Notes: generated by a model from the sequence alone, not told the origin. 64,000 bases of DNA from an uncultured Hyphomicrobiales bacterium (GCA_964608275.1 CAZSNL010000002.1:15088-79087); one strand, 5' to 3'; positions 21,899-31,645 are shown, counted from the stretch's first letter. Numbers and translations: made by a program.

Positions 21899-22362
21899 AC
21901 AATTCCCTGAATACCGTTCTCGACGCCATCAGCGATGCCCTGCGTCACGACATACTGCCGAACCTCGACGACCCGTTCGCTCGGAGCCAGGCGATCGCCG
22001 TCATCGACGTGATCGGCAACCTGAAACCGGTGATCGACTGGTCGGTCGACGTCCTGGCCGAAGCTGTGGCGGCCCGCCGCGAGGCAATCGCAAAGGTCGC
22101 GGCGCTGCTGGACGGCGAGACCGCAACGGAACTGCAGGAGATGGACACGACGGCACCATCCGGCAGCAGCCTCATTGCCATGCGCGATGCGCTTGACGAA
22201 CGGATTGCGGCACTGATCGACCGCCTGCACGATACCGCAGAAGAGGATCGGGCAGCCGAGGCCATCGCGGTGCTGAAGGAGCATATGGTTGCCGAACTCG
22301 AGCGGGAGAGATCTCTCCTCCGCAAACCGCTGTTCGGGGAGATCGGCGGGCCAAAGGCCTAA
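21895..22362 (+). CDS. hypothetical helical protein, 155 aa
   Basis: ATG 21895 overlaps the upstream stop (ATGA). GC3 bias is good. The sequence is acidic and Ala/Leu-rich, with no motif I recognise. Confidence 0.55.
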   Translation: MNNSLNTVLDAISDALRHDILPNLDDPFARSQAIAVIDVIGNLKPVIDWSVDVLAEAVAARREAIAKVAALLDGETATELQEMDTTAPSGSSLIAMRDALDERIAALIDRLHDTAEEDRAAEAIAVLKEHMVAELERERSLLRKPLFGEIGGPKA

Positions 22363-22398
22363 CCTTTCGACGTTGCCATCGGGGAGGAGACGAAAGCC

Positions 22399-22860
22399 GT
22401 GAGCGTCATCGACAAGCGCCTCGAAGAGCTCGGCATCACACTGCCGCCACCGGCCCGGTCGGTCGGGCACTACGTTCCCTATACGCGAGCCGGCAACATC
22501 GTGATCTCGGTGCAGGGTCCGCTGTGGGGCGATGAGCTCCGCTACCAGGGCCGGCTGGGCGAAACGTTCACGCTCGAGGACGGCCAAGAGGCTGCGCGAC
22601 TGGTGATGCTGAACCTGCTGTGCCAGGTGAGGGAGGCCTGCGGTGGCGACCTCGACCGGATGCGCCAGTGCATGCGGCTGGGCGGCTTCGTCAATTCCAC
22701 GCCCGACTTCAACCAGCAGACACTGGTCATGAACGCCGCCTCCGATCTCCTCATCGAGATCTTCGGCGACCGCGGACGACACGCCAGGTTCGTCGTCGGC
22801 TGCTCCAGTCTTCCGTTCGACCTGGCTGTCGAGATCGAGGGAATCTTCGAAATCGCCTGA
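22399..22860 (+). CDS. RidA/YjgF-family protein
   Basis: 153 aa with a GTG start. The sequence has the pattern typical of the RutC/YjgH-like subgroup (LGITLPPP...YVPYTRAGNIVISVQGP ... RFVVGCSSLPFDLAVEIEGIFEI). Confidence 0.8.
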   Translation: MSVIDKRLEELGITLPPPARSVGHYVPYTRAGNIVISVQGPLWGDELRYQGRLGETFTLEDGQEAARLVMLNLLCQVREACGGDLDRMRQCMRLGGFVNSTPDFNQQTLVMNAASDLLIEIFGDRGRHARFVVGCSSLPFDLAVEIEGIFEIA

Positions 22861-22866
22861 GCAGGG

Positions 22867-23649
22867 TCAGCCGGCCAGCGATGCGAAGGCGGGCACGCAT
22901 ACCGTCTGGCCCGATGCCAGCGTCTCGATCGTAACCGATACGCCGTAGATCCGATGGAGTCGTTCCGCCGTGATCACCTCCGCCGGGCTGCCACGGGCCT
23001 GTACGTGCCCGTCAGCCAGAATGCATACGGTGCTGGCGCAGGCGAACGCGTGGTCGGGATCGTGGGTCGACAGCACGATCGCGAGCCCGGTTGCGGCCAG
23101 CGCTCGGACATGGCTCAGCACCATGACCTGATTGCCAAAATCGAGACTGGCCGTCGGTTCATCCATGACGAGTATCGGTGCATCCTGAGCCAGCGCCCTT
23201 GCGATCAGGGCAAGCTGACGCTGCCCGCCGCTGATGCGGGTGTACTCGGCGTTCGCCAGTTCGGCGATCCCGAGCGCGTCCAGCGCCTCGGCGGCGCGGC
23301 GGCGATCCTGCTGCCCCGGGGTTGCGAAAAGACCAAGGTGCGCGGTCCGGCCCATGAGGACCATGTCGAGGACACGGTAGGGAAAGTGGGCGGTATGGGC
23401 CTGCGGCACATAGGCAATCCGGCGGGCCACCTCGCTTCGTGAAAGGCTGGAAAGTACACGACCATCCAGCCTGACCTCGCCGCCACGAGCGGGAAGAAGG
23501 CCTAGCAAGGTCTTGAACAAGGTGGTCTTGCCACTGCCGTTCGGCCCAAGCAGGCAAAGCACCTCCCCTCCGGCGACGGAAACATCGATCCCGCCGGCGA
23601 CCGGGTAACCAGGATAGCCGATGTCGAGCCGGCTCGCTTCGAGCGTCAT
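22867..23649 (-). CDS. iron-chelate (FecE/FepC-type) ABC transporter ATP-binding protein
   Basis: Walker A is GPNGSGKTT, the signature is ISGGQRQL, and Walker B is ILVMDEPTASLD. The ATG overlaps the permease stop (ATGA). The long N-terminal extension in the ORF track is spurious. Confidence 0.88.
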   Translation of the reverse strand: MTLEASRLDIGYPGYPVAGGIDVSVAGGEVLCLLGPNGSGKTTLFKTLLGLLPARGGEVRLDGRVLSSLSRSEVARRIAYVPQAHTAHFPYRVLDMVLMGRTAHLGLFATPGQQDRRRAAEALDALGIAELANAEYTRISGGQRQLALIARALAQDAPILVMDEPTASLDFGNQVMVLSHVRALAATGLAIVLSTHDPDHAFACASTVCILADGHVQARGSPAEVITAERLHRIYGVSVTIETLASGQTVCVPAFASLAG

Positions 23650-24671
23650 GTCCATGCGTATCGGCCGCGCGCGAGCAGCCAGATGAAGAACGGCGCGCCG
23701 AGTATCGCCGTGAGAATGCCGATCGGCGTCTCGACCTGAGCCATGGTCCGCGCAAGCGTGTCGACGAGGAGCAGATAACCGCCACCGAGCAGCATCGCTG
23801 CAGGAAGGAGGCGATCGAAGTTCGGACCCACCAGCATCCGCGCGACATGCGGCATCACAAGGCCGACCCAACCGATGACGCCGGAAATGGCGACCACGCT
23901 GGACGTCATCAGGGTCGCAGCGGCAATCACGAGAAAGCGGATGCGGCCTGCCTCGATGCCGAGCGCCCTCGCCTCCTCGTCGCCAAGCGACAGCACGGTG
24001 ATCCTCCACCGCAACAGAACCAGCGGGACCAGCCCGATGATGGCAACCGGGAGGACACCCATCAAGTCGCCAGTGCGGATGCCCGCCAGCGAGCCGAGCA
24101 GCCAGAACGTTATCGCCGGGAGCTGATCGTAGGGGTCGGCCAGAACCTTCAACAGCGAAATCATGGCACCGGCCAATGCCCCGACGACGACGCCGGCGAG
24201 CACGAGCACGAGGACCGGCTCCCGGCCACGCACCTGGATTGCGACGACATAGACGAGCCCGACGGTGGCGATTCCTGCGGCGAAGGCGAAGCCCTGGATG
24301 AGCGCCAGCGGCAGCGAAAGATAGATGCCGAGGACGGCGCCGAGTCCCGCTCCGGTCGAAACGCCGAGAATGTCCGGCGACACCAGCGGATTGCGGAACA
24401 ATCCCTGATAGGCCGCGCCGGCACCGGCAAGTGCGGCGCCGACGACGAGCGCAGCTCCGATGCGCGGCAACCGCACCTGGAACAGTACGGTTCTCGCCGT
24501 TTCATCGACGCCGGCGCCGCTGATCGCGGCCACCACATCCGCAACCGACAGGGGATAGGCGCCGACCGTCGCTGCCAGGACAGCGATCGCGACGACAGCG
24601 GCGGCAAGCCCGCCAATGAGGGATGCGCTGCCGCGTCCGGCTTCGGTCAGGGTATGGTGCCCCGCGTCCAT
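23646..24671 (-). CDS. iron-chelate ABC transporter permease (FecCD family)
   Basis: This is a 341-aa polytopic protein with FecCD hallmarks: LFQVRLPRIGAALVVGAALAGAGAAYQGLFRNPLVSPDILGVS, and a C-terminus ending ...GAPFFIWLL. Confidence 0.88.
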   Translation of the reverse strand: MDAGHHTLTEAGRGSASLIGGLAAAVVAIAVLAATVGAYPLSVADVVAAISGAGVDETARTVLFQVRLPRIGAALVVGAALAGAGAAYQGLFRNPLVSPDILGVSTGAGLGAVLGIYLSLPLALIQGFAFAAGIATVGLVYVVAIQVRGREPVLVLVLAGVVVGALAGAMISLLKVLADPYDQLPAITFWLLGSLAGIRTGDLMGVLPVAIIGLVPLVLLRWRITVLSLGDEEARALGIEAGRIRFLVIAAATLMTSSVVAISGVIGWVGLVMPHVARMLVGPNFDRLLPAAMLLGGGYLLLVDTLARTMAQVETPIGILTAILGAPFFIWLLARGRYAWT

Positions 24672-25720
24672 TCGATCAGCCGCTTCAGGTCCTCGTCACT
24701 CAGATCGACGTGGTAGAAGAGATCGTAGAACGCTCGCGTCTCGGCGGCGAGATCAAACGTGAAGCGGTCGGGATAGAACAGGCCGGCAAGCCATTTGAGG
24801 CCGATCAGGCGGTTGAGTGACGGCGGCCGGTCGATCCATCCGAACGGCGCCAACGGACTCATGTAGACGCGCCTGTCGCGGACGGCGGCAACGTCCGCCC
24901 ACAGGGGATCATTCCAGACGCTGCGATAGAAGTTCGCGTCCCAGGTGACGATGATCTCCGGATCGGCGGCGAGGATGCGTTCCATCGTCAGCTGAACGAT
25001 GCCCCGACGGCCGGGCACCACACCAACGGCGTTCATGCCGCCGGCGCGCTCGATGATCTCGGTATTGATCGAGCCGACGGACCCGGATTCCAGACCATCA
25101 GGCCCACGGGCGAGATAGACGCGCGGACGTTCATGCTCGGGCACCTTTGCCAGGATGGCATCGATCTCCTCAAAGGTGGATTCGGTATAGCGGGCGAGCG
25201 CTTCGCCACGGGCTTCACGACCGATCGCGCGACCGAGCAAGCGCAACGCCTGCGGCGTCGCATCGAAGCGGCCATCGATCAGGAGATAGGGAATACCGGT
25301 TTGCGCCTGCACGGCATCGGCGAGCGAGATGTAGGTATCACGCACCGAACCGAAATCGACGATGATGTCGGGATCGATCCCGAGTATCACCTCCAGGTTC
25401 GCCGTATCACCGCGGCCGGTGAGACGGCCAAGCTCCGGCAGGTCGCGAAACGGCCCGGCAACATACTTTCGTTCCAGCGGCCGCAGGGCGCGCGGCCACC
25501 CGGTCAACATCTCCGGCGCCAGAACGTATACCAGCACCGATGCCGGCGGCCCGGCGGCAAAGATTCGCTCGACCGTGTCCGGAACTTCGACGATGCGACC
25601 GGCGGAGTCCTCAACCGGGCGCGCGTTGGCTGCAGCAAGCGGCAGAACGAGGAGCAGCAGCCCGACAACGATGCCGCCGAACGGGCCTGACAGGAACCGC
25701 GTGCTGTCATTCCGCTGCAT
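24647..25720 (-). CDS. periplasmic iron-siderophore/cobalamin-type (cluster A) substrate-binding protein
   Basis: It has a signal peptide (GIVVGLLLLVLPLAAANA), then RIVEVPDTVERIFAAGPPASVLVYVLAPEML. The 3' end overlaps the permease start by 25 nt. Confidence 0.85.
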   Translation of the reverse strand: MQRNDSTRFLSGPFGGIVVGLLLLVLPLAAANARPVEDSAGRIVEVPDTVERIFAAGPPASVLVYVLAPEMLTGWPRALRPLERKYVAGPFRDLPELGRLTGRGDTANLEVILGIDPDIIVDFGSVRDTYISLADAVQAQTGIPYLLIDGRFDATPQALRLLGRAIGREARGEALARYTESTFEEIDAILAKVPEHERPRVYLARGPDGLESGSVGSINTEIIERAGGMNAVGVVPGRRGIVQLTMERILAADPEIIVTWDANFYRSVWNDPLWADVAAVRDRRVYMSPLAPFGWIDRPPSLNRLIGLKWLAGLFYPDRFTFDLAAETRAFYDLFYHVDLSDEDLKRLIEWTRGTIP

Positions 25721-25771
25721 TTCACTGCATTTTGTGCCTGCAGCGTGCCCCAGTGTAAAGGTGGCCGGCGT

Positions 25772-26332
25772 TCAGGCCCGGTATCGGAGGAACCGCGTGG
25801 CGGTATCGCCGTATCGTCGCTCATGAATGCGTTCGAGCCCTTCCGGCAGGCTGAAGGGTGCGTTCGCCGCCTCTTCGACGACACAGATGGCGCCCGGTGC
25901 GAGCCAACAGCCGGCAATGGCGGCAATCAGGGACGCTTCGCCAAGACCCTTGCCATAGGGGGGATCGGCAAAAAGAAGGTCGAAAGGGGCAAGCGCTTCC
26001 AGCGAACCCAGCCGCGTCGCATCGCGCCGCCATACCCTGGTACGGCCGGTCAGCGCCAAGGCCTCGATGTTGCGGCGGATGAGTGCACGCGCCTGCGCCG
26101 ACATGTCGACGAACAGGGCAAATCGTGCTCCTCGCGACAGCGCCTCGAGGCCCAGTGCCCCAGTTCCCGCAAACAGATCGACCACCCGCGCCCCGCCGAT
26201 CTCGAAGCCGTCGATCCCATGGCGAAGGATATCGAATATCGCTCCACGCACGCGATCCGACGTCGGCCGTATGGCGTCCGAGTGAGGAGCCGCCAGCCGC
26301 CTGCCACGGAACTCGCCGCCGACGATACGCAT
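25772..26332 (-). CDS. rsmD: 16S rRNA (guanine966-N2)-methyltransferase
   Basis: Starting at the Met of MRIVGGEFRGRRL, the sequence has RPTSDRVRGAIFDIL, the SAM motif DLFAGTGALGLEALSRG, and the DPPY motif (FADPPYG). Confidence 0.88.
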   Translation of the reverse strand: MRIVGGEFRGRRLAAPHSDAIRPTSDRVRGAIFDILRHGIDGFEIGGARVVDLFAGTGALGLEALSRGARFALFVDMSAQARALIRRNIEALALTGRTRVWRRDATRLGSLEALAPFDLLFADPPYGKGLGEASLIAAIAGCWLAPGAICVVEEAANAPFSLPEGLERIHERRYGDTATRFLRYRA

Positions 26333-26336
26333 CGCG

Positions 26337-27158
26337 TCACCTGCCGCCACCCTGCCGGCCAGCCGGTCGCCGCCGGCGTCGATCCGCGGATCGTCGCGCG
26401 GTTTCGCCAGCGAGGCGCGAGCCGAGCTGGTCGCGCAGGATGCGCTGCGACACCTCCTCCACCGCACCCCTCGGCAGGCTGCCAAGCTGGAACGGGCCGT
26501 AGGACAACCGGATCAGGCGATTGACCTTCAGGCCAAGGTGCTCCAGCACGCGCCGCACCTCCCGGTTCCTGCCTTCCCTCAGCGCCATGGTGAGCCAGAC
26601 GTTGTCTCCCTGCACACGGTCGAGGCGGGCCTCGATCGGGCCGTAATCGACCCCGTCGACCGTCACGCCGTCCGCCAGCCCATCGAGTTTCGCCTGATCC
26701 ACGCCGCCGAATGCACGAACACGGTAGCGCCTCACCCAGCCGGTCGATGGAAGTTCCAGTATGCGGGCCAGGCTGCCGTCGTTGGTAAGCAGCAGCAGGC
26801 CTTCGGAATTGATGTCGAGCCGGCCCACGGAAACAACTCGCGGAAGGTCCGCCGGCAGGTGCTGAAACACCGTCGGACGGCCCTGCGGGTCCCGGTGGGT
26901 GGTCACCTGCCCGGGTGGCTTGTGGTACCGCCACAGGCGGGGCGCATCGGGCTCGGGCAGCGGCCTGCCATCGACAGTGATCCGGTCGTCGGCGGTCACC
27001 GTCACCGCCGGCGTGGAAAGCGGCCTGCCGTTGAGCGTAACCCGGCCCTCGGCGATCAGGCGTTCGGCCTCCCGCCGCGAACAGATGCCGGCACGGGCGA
27101 TCACTTTGGCGATGCGTTCACCCTTCGGTGGAGATCGGTCTTTTTCGGTCCTCGACAT
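26337..27158 (-). CDS. rluB: RluB/RsuA-family pseudouridine synthase
   Basis: The S4 domain is RIAKVIARAGICSRREAERLIAEGRVTLNG. The catalytic Asp motif is VSVGRLDINSEGLLLLTNDG. The C-terminal tail is Arg-rich. Confidence 0.85.
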   Translation of the reverse strand: MSRTEKDRSPPKGERIAKVIARAGICSRREAERLIAEGRVTLNGRPLSTPAVTVTADDRITVDGRPLPEPDAPRLWRYHKPPGQVTTHRDPQGRPTVFQHLPADLPRVVSVGRLDINSEGLLLLTNDGSLARILELPSTGWVRRYRVRAFGGVDQAKLDGLADGVTVDGVDYGPIEARLDRVQGDNVWLTMALREGRNREVRRVLEHLGLKVNRLIRLSYGPFQLGSLPRGAVEEVSQRILRDQLGSRLAGETARRSADRRRRRPAGRQGGGR

Positions 27159-27294
27159 CGCAACACCTTTGAGCGCCCGGATGCTTCCCTGTCAAATACC
27201 TGCCAGGCGCTCGACAGTCCGGAAGCAAGCCTTTAATGACGGGTACACGTACTCGCGTACCCGATGATCCGTCCGACCCCCCGATTGGCCCCGC

Positions 27295-28515
27295 ATGACG
27301 ATCGAGCGCCATGTCCAGCCGCCCGCCGGAGTGAAGAGCTTCCTTGGCGACATTTCGGGCGTACACGCCGTCAACGCGATCGTCGGCTTCATCTTCGCTG
27401 CCTCGGGTCCCGTCGCGATCATCCTGGCGGTCGGCAGCCGCGGCGGGCTGTCGGAAGCGGAGCTGGCGTCGTGGATCTTCGGCGTGTTCTTCATCAACGG
27501 CCTGATCTCGATCGGCTTCTGCCTGTTCTACCGGCAACCACTGGTCTTCTTCTGGACCATCCCCGGCACGGTACTCATCGGCCCGGCCCTCACCCACCTC
27601 ACATACCCCGAAGTGATCGGCGCCTATCTTGCCACAGGCGCGTTGATGCTGGCCCTCGGATTGAGCGGCCTCGTCCGGCGGAGCATGGAGGCGGTGCCGA
27701 TGCCGATCGTCATGGGCATGGTCGCCGGGGTCTTCCTGCAGTTCGGGCTCGACTGGATCGTCGCGGTCCGTGACGGATTCCAGATTGCGGCACCCATGAC
27801 GGTGATGTTCTTCGCCGCCATGGCGGTGCCAGGACTGGCACGACGGCTGCCGCCATTGATCGCCGCCCTCGTCGTGGGCATCGTTGCCGTCCTCCTTACC
27901 GGAGGATTTGCACCCACCACGGAGACGGCACAGGTTCTGGCTGCACCGCAATTGCGGCTGCCGGAGTTCTCGGTGCAGGCGATGGTGGAGCTGGTAATCC
28001 CGCTCGCGATCACGGTGCTGGTGGTCCAGAACGGCCAGGGCATCGCCATACTGACGGCAGTCGGCCACAAGCCGCCAATCAATGCCATCACCGTGGCCTG
28101 CGGTGTCGGCTCGCTCGTGTCCACGTTTGTCGGCGCGGTATCGACCTGCCTGACCGGGCCTGTCAACGCCATCATTTCCGGAAGCGGCGAGCGCGACGGT
28201 CAGTACACGGCGGGCGTGCTGGTCGGACTGCTGGCGCTCGCCTTCGGTCTCATGGCGCCGCTGTTCACCAACCTGATGCTTGCCGCTCCAGCCGCCTTCA
28301 TCGCAACCCTTGCCGGGCTCGCCATGTTGCGGGTCCTCCAGAGCGCGTTTGTCATCGCCTTCCGCGACAGGTTTACCCTCGGCGCCCTCGTCACGTTCCT
28401 GGTCACGGTATCGGAAATCTCGCTGTTCAATATCGGAGCGCCGTTCTGGGGCCTCGTGTTCGGCTTCCTGACATCGTGGCTCCTGGAGCGCCAGGACTTC
28501 CAGGCGAAGGACTGA
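27295..28515 (+). CDS. benE: BenE-family benzoate/H+ symporter-like transporter
   Basis: This is a 406-aa polytopic protein with a BenE-like N-terminal region (AVNAIVGFIFAASGPVAIILAV ... FFINGLISIGFCLFYRQPL). Confidence 0.8.
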   Translation: MTIERHVQPPAGVKSFLGDISGVHAVNAIVGFIFAASGPVAIILAVGSRGGLSEAELASWIFGVFFINGLISIGFCLFYRQPLVFFWTIPGTVLIGPALTHLTYPEVIGAYLATGALMLALGLSGLVRRSMEAVPMPIVMGMVAGVFLQFGLDWIVAVRDGFQIAAPMTVMFFAAMAVPGLARRLPPLIAALVVGIVAVLLTGGFAPTTETAQVLAAPQLRLPEFSVQAMVELVIPLAITVLVVQNGQGIAILTAVGHKPPINAITVACGVGSLVSTFVGAVSTCLTGPVNAIISGSGERDGQYTAGVLVGLLALAFGLMAPLFTNLMLAAPAAFIATLAGLAMLRVLQSAFVIAFRDRFTLGALVTFLVTVSEISLFNIGAPFWGLVFGFLTSWLLERQDFQAKD

Positions 28516-28521
28516 GTTGGC

Positions 28522-29382
28522 CTAGAAGATCTTGAGCACGATGATGCCGGCCGCCACCACGATGGCGGCAGCGATGCGGCGCGGCCCGAGACCCTCCTTG
28601 AGAAGGATCGCGCCTATCAGGGCCCCGAAGACAACGCTGGTTTCACGCAGCGCGACGATTTCCGCCACGCCGCCGCGACTGAAGGCCCAGATGACGATCC
28701 CGTAGGCGGCCATGGCAAGGGCACCGGCAACGAAGCCGCCGAGTCCCAGTCCCAGCACGTGTCGCAGGCCCACGTCGCGACGCGCCGCGATCACGTACAA
28801 CGGCATCGGTAGCGAATCCAACAGGAACAACCAGAAGATATAGCCGAGCGGCTCGCCTGAAAGACGCACGCCTTCCGCGTCGATGATGGAATAGACTGCG
28901 ATGACGAGCCCGGTAGCGAGGGCATAAGCGACACCCCGGTCGAGGCGCCGCAGTCTGTAGGCCCGCGAAAATGCGAGGCTCATCACGCCCGCCGAAATCA
29001 ACCCGACGCCGACCAGCATCGCCCACCTCGGCTCCGCCAGTCCCATGGCCAGTGCCGCACCGGCGACCAGCAGCGGAGCGGAGCCGCGGGCAATCGGATA
29101 CGAACTGCTGAGATCGCCATACCGATACGCCTGCATGAGGAAGACGCGGTAGAACACGTGAACGATCACGGAGGCGGCGATGTAGGGCCAGCTCTCGCGC
29201 GCCGGCACGCCGACAAAGGCTACAGCCACGCCCGCGATCACGAGCGCGGTCACGTCGAACCATGCAAACGTGATCAGGCGGTCGACCGATGCCTTGAGAA
29301 AGGCATTCCAGCTTGCGTGCAGGACTGCCGCCAGCAACACGGCCAGCATGACCCACGTATCAAGCTGCGATGTTACCGTCAT
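28522..29382 (-). CDS. DMT-superfamily (EamA-like) transporter
   Basis: 286 aa with about 10 TM segments and a duplicated EamA-type architecture (HASWNAFLK ..., YPIARGSAPLLVA). Confidence 0.8.
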   Translation of the reverse strand: MTVTSQLDTWVMLAVLLAAVLHASWNAFLKASVDRLITFAWFDVTALVIAGVAVAFVGVPARESWPYIAASVIVHVFYRVFLMQAYRYGDLSSSYPIARGSAPLLVAGAALAMGLAEPRWAMLVGVGLISAGVMSLAFSRAYRLRRLDRGVAYALATGLVIAVYSIIDAEGVRLSGEPLGYIFWLFLLDSLPMPLYVIAARRDVGLRHVLGLGLGGFVAGALAMAAYGIVIWAFSRGGVAEIVALRETSVVFGALIGAILLKEGLGPRRIAAAIVVAAGIIVLKIF

Positions 29383-29568
29383 CGGGAGGACCAGCGGCAG
29401 TCGAGGGAACAGTGTTTGGTCTCATACCCGCCGCATGACCACCGGGACAGCGAATTCCCGGCTCTCCATCTGGCCCCGGGGGATCATCTGACTATCGGCG
29501 ATGTCCGTCTTGTGTCACGTGCCCCGTATCGCCAAGTGGTTACGGATCGCGATGACGGGAGCACCGCC

Positions 29569-30915
29569 ATGAACAGGATGTCGGCATTCCAGGAAATGTT
29601 GTCGTCACTCATCTCGCGTGGCGCCAGGTTGGTCGATTTCTCGCAGTTTCCGACACCTGCCAACGATGGTCTCGAACCGATGTGCAAGGCACTGATGTCG
29701 ACCCGCGGCGAAGCCTCCGGGGTGGCGATGGCGACAGAGATCCTGTCGCGCTTCCGCGGCCTGGATGACGAGGCGCGCGAACGCTTCTTCCTTGTACTGG
29801 CGCGCGACTTCGACCCCGATCCGGCGACGGCGCAAGCCGCGGCCGACGCCTACGCACAGGAACAATCGCCGGAAAATCTGGCCGCGCTCATCGCCGCGGC
29901 CGAGCCGCCACGCCAGGAACTCCTGCGCCGGCTCAACGCAGCACCCGGTGGGACCGCGGCGCTGGTGGACATGCGAACCACACTGTTCCGCCTGCTCGAC
30001 AAGCACCCAGATCTCAAGCGGGTCGATGTCGATTTCGCGCACCTCTTCAGTTCGTGGTTCAATCGCGGCTTCCTCGTGCTGAAACCGATCGACTGGGCGA
30101 GCCCGGCCTACATCCTGGAAAAGATCATTGCCTACGAAGCGGTGCACGAGATCGGCGACTGGGAAGAACTGCGCCGGCGCCTGCAGCCGCCGGACAGACG
30201 GTGCTTCGCCTTCTTTCACCCCTCGATGCCGGACGAACCACTGATATTCGTCGAGGTGGCACTTACCCGTGAGGTGCCGGGGTCGGTCCAGGACCTGCTT
30301 TCGGAGGGACGGAATCCGCTGGACGCCGAAACCGCCACGACGGCCGTGTTCTACTCGATATCCAATTGCCAGGAAGGACTGCGCGGCGTCTCGTTCGGCA
30401 GTTTCCTGATCAAGCAGGTTGCCGAGGACCTCATGCATAACCTGCCCGGGCTGAAGACGTTCGTGACGTTGTCACCGGTGCCGGGCCTGATGAACTGGCT
30501 GAGACGGCAGGCTGCTGCGGAACCGGACGGGGCGGCGGCAGAGATCGTCGAGCTGGCAGACCGCGAGGAATGGCATGAAGATCCGGCGGCCAATGCACGG
30601 CTGCGCGAGTTGCTGATGCCGATGACGGCGCGTTACCTGGTGACCGAGAAACGGGCGGACGGCACCCCGGTCGACGCGGTCGCACGGTTTCATCTCGGCA
30701 ACGGCGCGGTTCTGCGTCAGATCAACTGGCTGGGTGACCTGTCTCCACGCGGGCTCGCCCGGTCAGCCGGGATCATGGTCAATTACGAGTACGTGCTGCC
30801 GGACATAGAAGCCAATCATGAAGCCTATGCGGAACGGCGCGAGGTGAAGGTCTCCCGTTCGGTGCGTTCGCTCCTGCCGTCGCAAGCACGTGCAGCGAGA
30901 CGCAAATCGGCCTGA
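29569..30915 (+). CDS. malonyl-CoA decarboxylase
   Basis: Starting at ATG 29569 (448 aa), MCD-family blocks are present: FSSWFNRGFLVLKPIDWASPAYILEKIIAYEAVHEI, CFAFFHPSMPDEPLIFVEVALT, FYSISNCQEGLRGVSFGSFLIKQV and VARFHLGNGA. Confidence 0.88.
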   Translation: MNRMSAFQEMLSSLISRGARLVDFSQFPTPANDGLEPMCKALMSTRGEASGVAMATEILSRFRGLDDEARERFFLVLARDFDPDPATAQAAADAYAQEQSPENLAALIAAAEPPRQELLRRLNAAPGGTAALVDMRTTLFRLLDKHPDLKRVDVDFAHLFSSWFNRGFLVLKPIDWASPAYILEKIIAYEAVHEIGDWEELRRRLQPPDRRCFAFFHPSMPDEPLIFVEVALTREVPGSVQDLLSEGRNPLDAETATTAVFYSISNCQEGLRGVSFGSFLIKQVAEDLMHNLPGLKTFVTLSPVPGLMNWLRRQAAAEPDGAAAEIVELADREEWHEDPAANARLRELLMPMTARYLVTEKRADGTPVDAVARFHLGNGAVLRQINWLGDLSPRGLARSAGIMVNYEYVLPDIEANHEAYAERREVKVSRSVRSLLPSQARAARRKSA

Positions 30916-30949
30916 GATCTGCACCCGCTGTGCGGAGATGCGGTGAGCG

Positions 30950-31585
30950 TCAAGCCCGCTTGCCGTAGGCGGCGAGAAACGTCCGCACCGCACTGTCGAC
31001 AGCACGGGCCAGCCGTTCCGGCGACGGCCTCGTCTCGACGCCCAGCAGGGCGCGCAGCTGGAAGTGCCCAAGCAGCATGCCGAGGAACTGTTCGGCGGCG
31101 AGCTCGGTATCGTCGATTTCCAATCGGCCGCGCTCCTTCTGCTCGTCGAAATACGCCGCCAGCGCCTCGACCGCGGCACGCGCGCCATAGTCGTGCGAGA
31201 CACGGCCGAGCTCCGGAAAGTGCGGGGCTTCCGAAACGATCACCCGGTGCAGTGCCAGCGACGATGGCGACAGGGCAAGATCGAGGACCTGACGGCCGAG
31301 CGCCCGAAGGACGTCCACCGGATCGTCGCCCGCCCCCGGACGGGGCTGGAAGGTTGCCTTGATGCGCCGCAATCGCTCAGTTACGAGCGAACCGAACAGG
31401 GCCTCCTTGGAACCGAAGTGCTGGTACAAGGTCTGCTTGGCGACGCCGGCCTCTCGCGCGATGGCATCCATGCTCGAGCGCCGGTAGCCATTGCGGAGGA
31501 TGATGGTAGCAGCAGCATCCAGGATGACACGGTTCTTGCCGTCGTCACGCGGCAGCTCGGACTGGATCGCCTCTTCGGCACTCAT
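30950..31585 (-). CDS. TetR/AcrR-family transcriptional regulator
   Basis: The N-terminal HTH is ILDAAATIILRNGYRRSSMDAIAREAGVAKQTLYQHFGSKEALF. It is divergent from the RND efflux operon. Confidence 0.88.
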   Translation of the reverse strand: MSAEEAIQSELPRDDGKNRVILDAAATIILRNGYRRSSMDAIAREAGVAKQTLYQHFGSKEALFGSLVTERLRRIKATFQPRPGAGDDPVDVLRALGRQVLDLALSPSSLALHRVIVSEAPHFPELGRVSHDYGARAAVEALAAYFDEQKERGRLEIDDTELAAEQFLGMLLGHFQLRALLGVETRPSPERLARAVDSAVRTFLAAYGKRA

Positions 31586-31645
31586 TGACGAAATCCTGAT
31601 TTGACTCCGAACAATTCGTCTCCATAATTCACGCTACCTGATATA

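Noticed and set aside
27239-27263. Inverted repeat GGGTAC-N10-GTACCC upstream of benE.
   Set aside because: It has only 6-bp arms and sits in a GC-rich background, so it could easily arise by chance. No cognate regulator is adjacent.
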